Shown piece by piece: positions 61,858 to 64,000 of a stretch of DNA of 64,000 bases (the stretch's first letter is position 1; each line of letters begins with the position of its first letter). The position numbers and the translations under genes were made by a program. The stretch is from Candidatus Bathyarchaeota archaeon. Lineage in GTDB: Archaea; Thermoproteota; Bathyarchaeia; Bathyarchaeales; DTEX01. The notes beneath the pieces are model-generated. The model saw only the letters and a list, made by a program, of their open reading frames with translations. It was not told where the DNA came from and ran no database searches. The DNA lies in assembly GCA_018397065.1 (NCBI GenBank), contig JAGTRI010000002.1:23746-87745 (forward strand), given 5' to 3'.

Positions 61858-62964
61858 TTATCTTACCACCTTTGTTAGTTTTTCAGGTTTATCAGGATTT
61901 AACCCCCTCAAAACGGAATTGTAATACGCAAATAATTGGATAGGAACCACATACAAAAGTGGTGAAAAAACTTCAGGCAACCCGCTTGGCACCAAAATAA
62001 CGTCGTCTGCCGCCTCAAAAAGACCGGCACAACTAACATCTTTTTCTGTTATTAAAACAACTGGGGCGCCGAAGCTTCTGAGACTTCTACAAAGTTCAAG
62101 TTCAGTTTCCAGTTCATTTGGAGAAACAAACATAATTACCAAGGTTCTTTCATCAACCAACCTCATCGGACCATGCAGAAACTCTCTTGTCGCAAACCCT
62201 TCTGCGAACACCATGCATGTTTCCTTAAGCTTCAACGCCGCCTCCAACGCTGTCGCATAGTTAGGTCCGCTGCCTAAGATGAAAATAACGTTCTTCTGTT
62301 TATACTTTTCAGCCAATTTTTGGATTTGAAGACTCAAAGACTCTAATGTTTGGTTAACGAGTTGGGGAGCAGAAAACAACTCCCTTCTTGTTTGGCTAAG
62401 CATTTCCGTGCTGAGATTTTCCTCAGCAAGCTCCACGGCTAACATAAAAATCGACATGAGCTGCGTAACATAAGTTTTTGTGGCTGGAACGGCCTTCTCT
62501 TTGCCAGACCTCGGAATAATCTGATACTTCGACATTTTCGCAAGCCTACTTCCTCTAGTGTTCGTTATAGCCAGTAGCGTCATTCCACGGCTAACAGCAG
62601 CCTTGGCAGCTTCAATGATGTCTGAGCTTTCACCTGACTGCGAGATAGCAATCAACAAAATCTTCCTTGGCACTTTAAGGGGAACCCAACGCTGAAACTC
62701 TGAAGCTGGAAGAATACTTATTGAGAAATTTGTAAGCTTCAACAAAGCATACTGGCTAGCAAGCCCAGCGTGGTAGCTGGTGCCGCTACCGGTAATATAG
62801 AACATTTCGTATCGTTCTGATCTAACAGCTTTAGCGATTTTTTGAACTGTCTTCGCCTCGGCTTTTATAGTGGCTTCTAAGACAGATGGCTCCTCAAGTA
62901 TCTCTCTTAGCATGTGATGTTGCGGTTTTTTCACAGGTGCAACCGATTTTGTTGAGACATGCAA
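61858..62964 (-). CDS. GlmS-isomerase-domain-like double-SIS protein without glutaminase domain (GlmD/FrlB-like)
   Basis: MLREILEEP, ITGSGTSYHAG, AISQSGESSD, and a C-terminal DKPEKLTKVV like the GlmS tail. Confidence 0.83.
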   Translation of the reverse strand: MHVSTKSVAPVKKPQHHMLREILEEPSVLEATIKAEAKTVQKIAKAVRSERYEMFYITGSGTSYHAGLASQYALLKLTNFSISILPASEFQRWVPLKVPRKILLIAISQSGESSDIIEAAKAAVSRGMTLLAITNTRGSRLAKMSKYQIIPRSGKEKAVPATKTYVTQLMSIFMLAVELAEENLSTEMLSQTRRELFSAPQLVNQTLESLSLQIQKLAEKYKQKNVIFILGSGPNYATALEAALKLKETCMVFAEGFATREFLHGPMRLVDERTLVIMFVSPNELETELELCRSLRSFGAPVVLITEKDVSCAGLFEAADDVILVPSGLPEVFSPLLYVVPIQLFAYYNSVLRGLNPDKPEKLTKVVR

Positions 62965-62974
62965 ATCAGAAACA

Positions 62975-63535
62975 CTACGCGTAGTAAATTAGTTCTTCCC
63001 GTTCCAGCCGCCTATGTAGCTTGTCTACGGCTTTGTAGACGTCCTCCTCTTTTTTGGCGCCTGTGCAAACCAGTTTGCCGCTGGCGAAAAGCAGAATCAC
63101 AACCTTCGGTTCGTCCATTCGGAAAATTAAGCCTGGAAACTGTTCAGGCTCGTACATAGTTTTCCCAAGCGTGAACGCTGATTTCTCAAGGTCAATCATG
63201 CCTCCAAGGTTTGCGGAAGCAACTATGTTTTGGATCTTAAGCTCGGGCTTGCTGATAATGACGATCCCATTCTTCTTAAGTTCCCTAATAACCTTCATCA
63301 CTGCTCCTCTCGCTTCCTTTTCAGACTTTGCTCCAGTACAAACCATCTTGCCCGAGTTGAAAATGAGTGTGGCCGTTTTTGGTCTCTTAAGCCTGAAAAC
63401 TAGGCCTGGGAACTGTTCAGGTCGATACTCAACACCTGGATAACTTTTTACAACTGCTTTTAAATCAATTTTCTGGTTAAGGGTTGCGGAGGCAACCACG
63501 TTTTCAATCTTCACTTTAGCTTGAATTTGTGGCAT
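62975..63535 (-). CDS. tbp: TATA-box binding protein
   Basis: Two repeats: [34 protein letters not shown] and [33 protein letters not shown]. Confidence 0.97.
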   Translation of the reverse strand: MPQIQAKVKIENVVASATLNQKIDLKAVVKSYPGVEYRPEQFPGLVFRLKRPKTATLIFNSGKMVCTGAKSEKEARGAVMKVIRELKKNGIVIISKPELKIQNIVASANLGGMIDLEKSAFTLGKTMYEPEQFPGLIFRMDEPKVVILLFASGKLVCTGAKKEEDVYKAVDKLHRRLEREELIYYA

Positions 63536-63619
63536 TTCGTCACCTTCAAATATAAAAGCTTTGCTATTTCAACTGGTTCTTTATAAAGGAATTTATTAAG
63601 AGCCATTTATACTTAATGG

Positions 63620-64000
63620 TCAATCAGTCGTTTCCACACATTTTTCAGGCTTTTCTGGCCTTGAAGTTTCTTTTATTTCTTCTTTTGAACCTGCAAGCTC
63701 AAGATAAGCCAACAGCATAAGCAGAATTATGATGAGAAAATGTCTAAGAGAAAGGACGAATATGCCTAAATTTACCATAGGTTCGTCAAATTTACTTAAG
63801 ATTCCCCCCAAGTATGGGAGCGAAAAAATCACTTTACCTATCACGTAACTTTCTGGACAACCTCCAACATTGTAGGTTCCTCCTCTGGGGAATCCGTACC
63901 ACGACCAGTCGTCCACAAAGGAATTGGCGTCTCCCTTGGTCACGATATACCATGTGCCGTTAACTTGGTATTTGTCTACTGCTCTGTGAACAATAGGTAT
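63620..64000 (-). CDS. archaeal type I signal peptidase (S26B/Sec11-like), C-terminal part; N-terminus outside window
   Basis: Frame open to the window edge: IPIVHRAVDKYQVNGTWYIVTKGDANSFVDD, then a C-terminal TM anchor. Confidence 0.75.
   Translation of the reverse strand: MPIVHRAVDKYQVNGTWYIVTKGDANSFVDDWSWYGFPRGGTYNVGGCPESYVIGKVIFSLPYLGGILSKFDEPMVNLGIFVLSLRHFLIIILLMLLAYLELAGSKEEIKETSRPEKPEKCVETTD

Noticed and set aside
1-64000. Searched by eye for rRNA genes, CRISPR arrays, transposases/integrases, inteins and in-frame stop (Sec/Pyl) recoding.
   Set aside because: Nothing supporting any of these was seen. Conserved proteins have normal lengths and are uninterrupted.

Overview
Archaeal chromosomal segment with about 73 protein genes and 2 tRNAs. 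I saw no rRNA, CRISPR array or transposase. Archaeal hallmarks include aIF-2 gamma, glycerol-1-phosphate dehydrogenase, proteasome beta, aCPSF1/FttA, SepF, an Sm-L37e-S10 cluster, the Dph2/METTL5-like/Csl4/RpoL block, Sua5, RadA, Orc1/Cdc6, L15e, RNase P Rpp30+Pop5, TBP and an archaeal signal peptidase. These sit among sugar and redox metabolism genes (three Gfo/Idh/MocA or xylose-isomerase-like TIM-barrel sets, ThuA, PfkB+SIS, LarA, AKR, an LLM oxidoreductase, two URO-D-family proteins) and transporters (TupABC tungstate uptake, an ABC-2 exporter, an ABC exporter with DUF1854). The gene content resembles a mesophilic TACK/Bathyarchaeia-like archaeon, but that is inference only. Accessory-looking parts are a visibly AT-rich type II restriction-modification island between radA and orc1/cdc6, an AT-rich histidine kinase/response regulator block, and a NurA-HerA pair followed by a small metallophosphoesterase. 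The most unusual signals are non-coding. One is an identical 27-nt TATA-containing element with phased TCCACA repeats, present three times. Another is a family of G/C-rich boxes abutting TATA boxes. The third is a set of 20-nt-phased ORB-like TTCCAC motifs upstream of radA. All functional calls come from reading motifs by eye; no database search was run.
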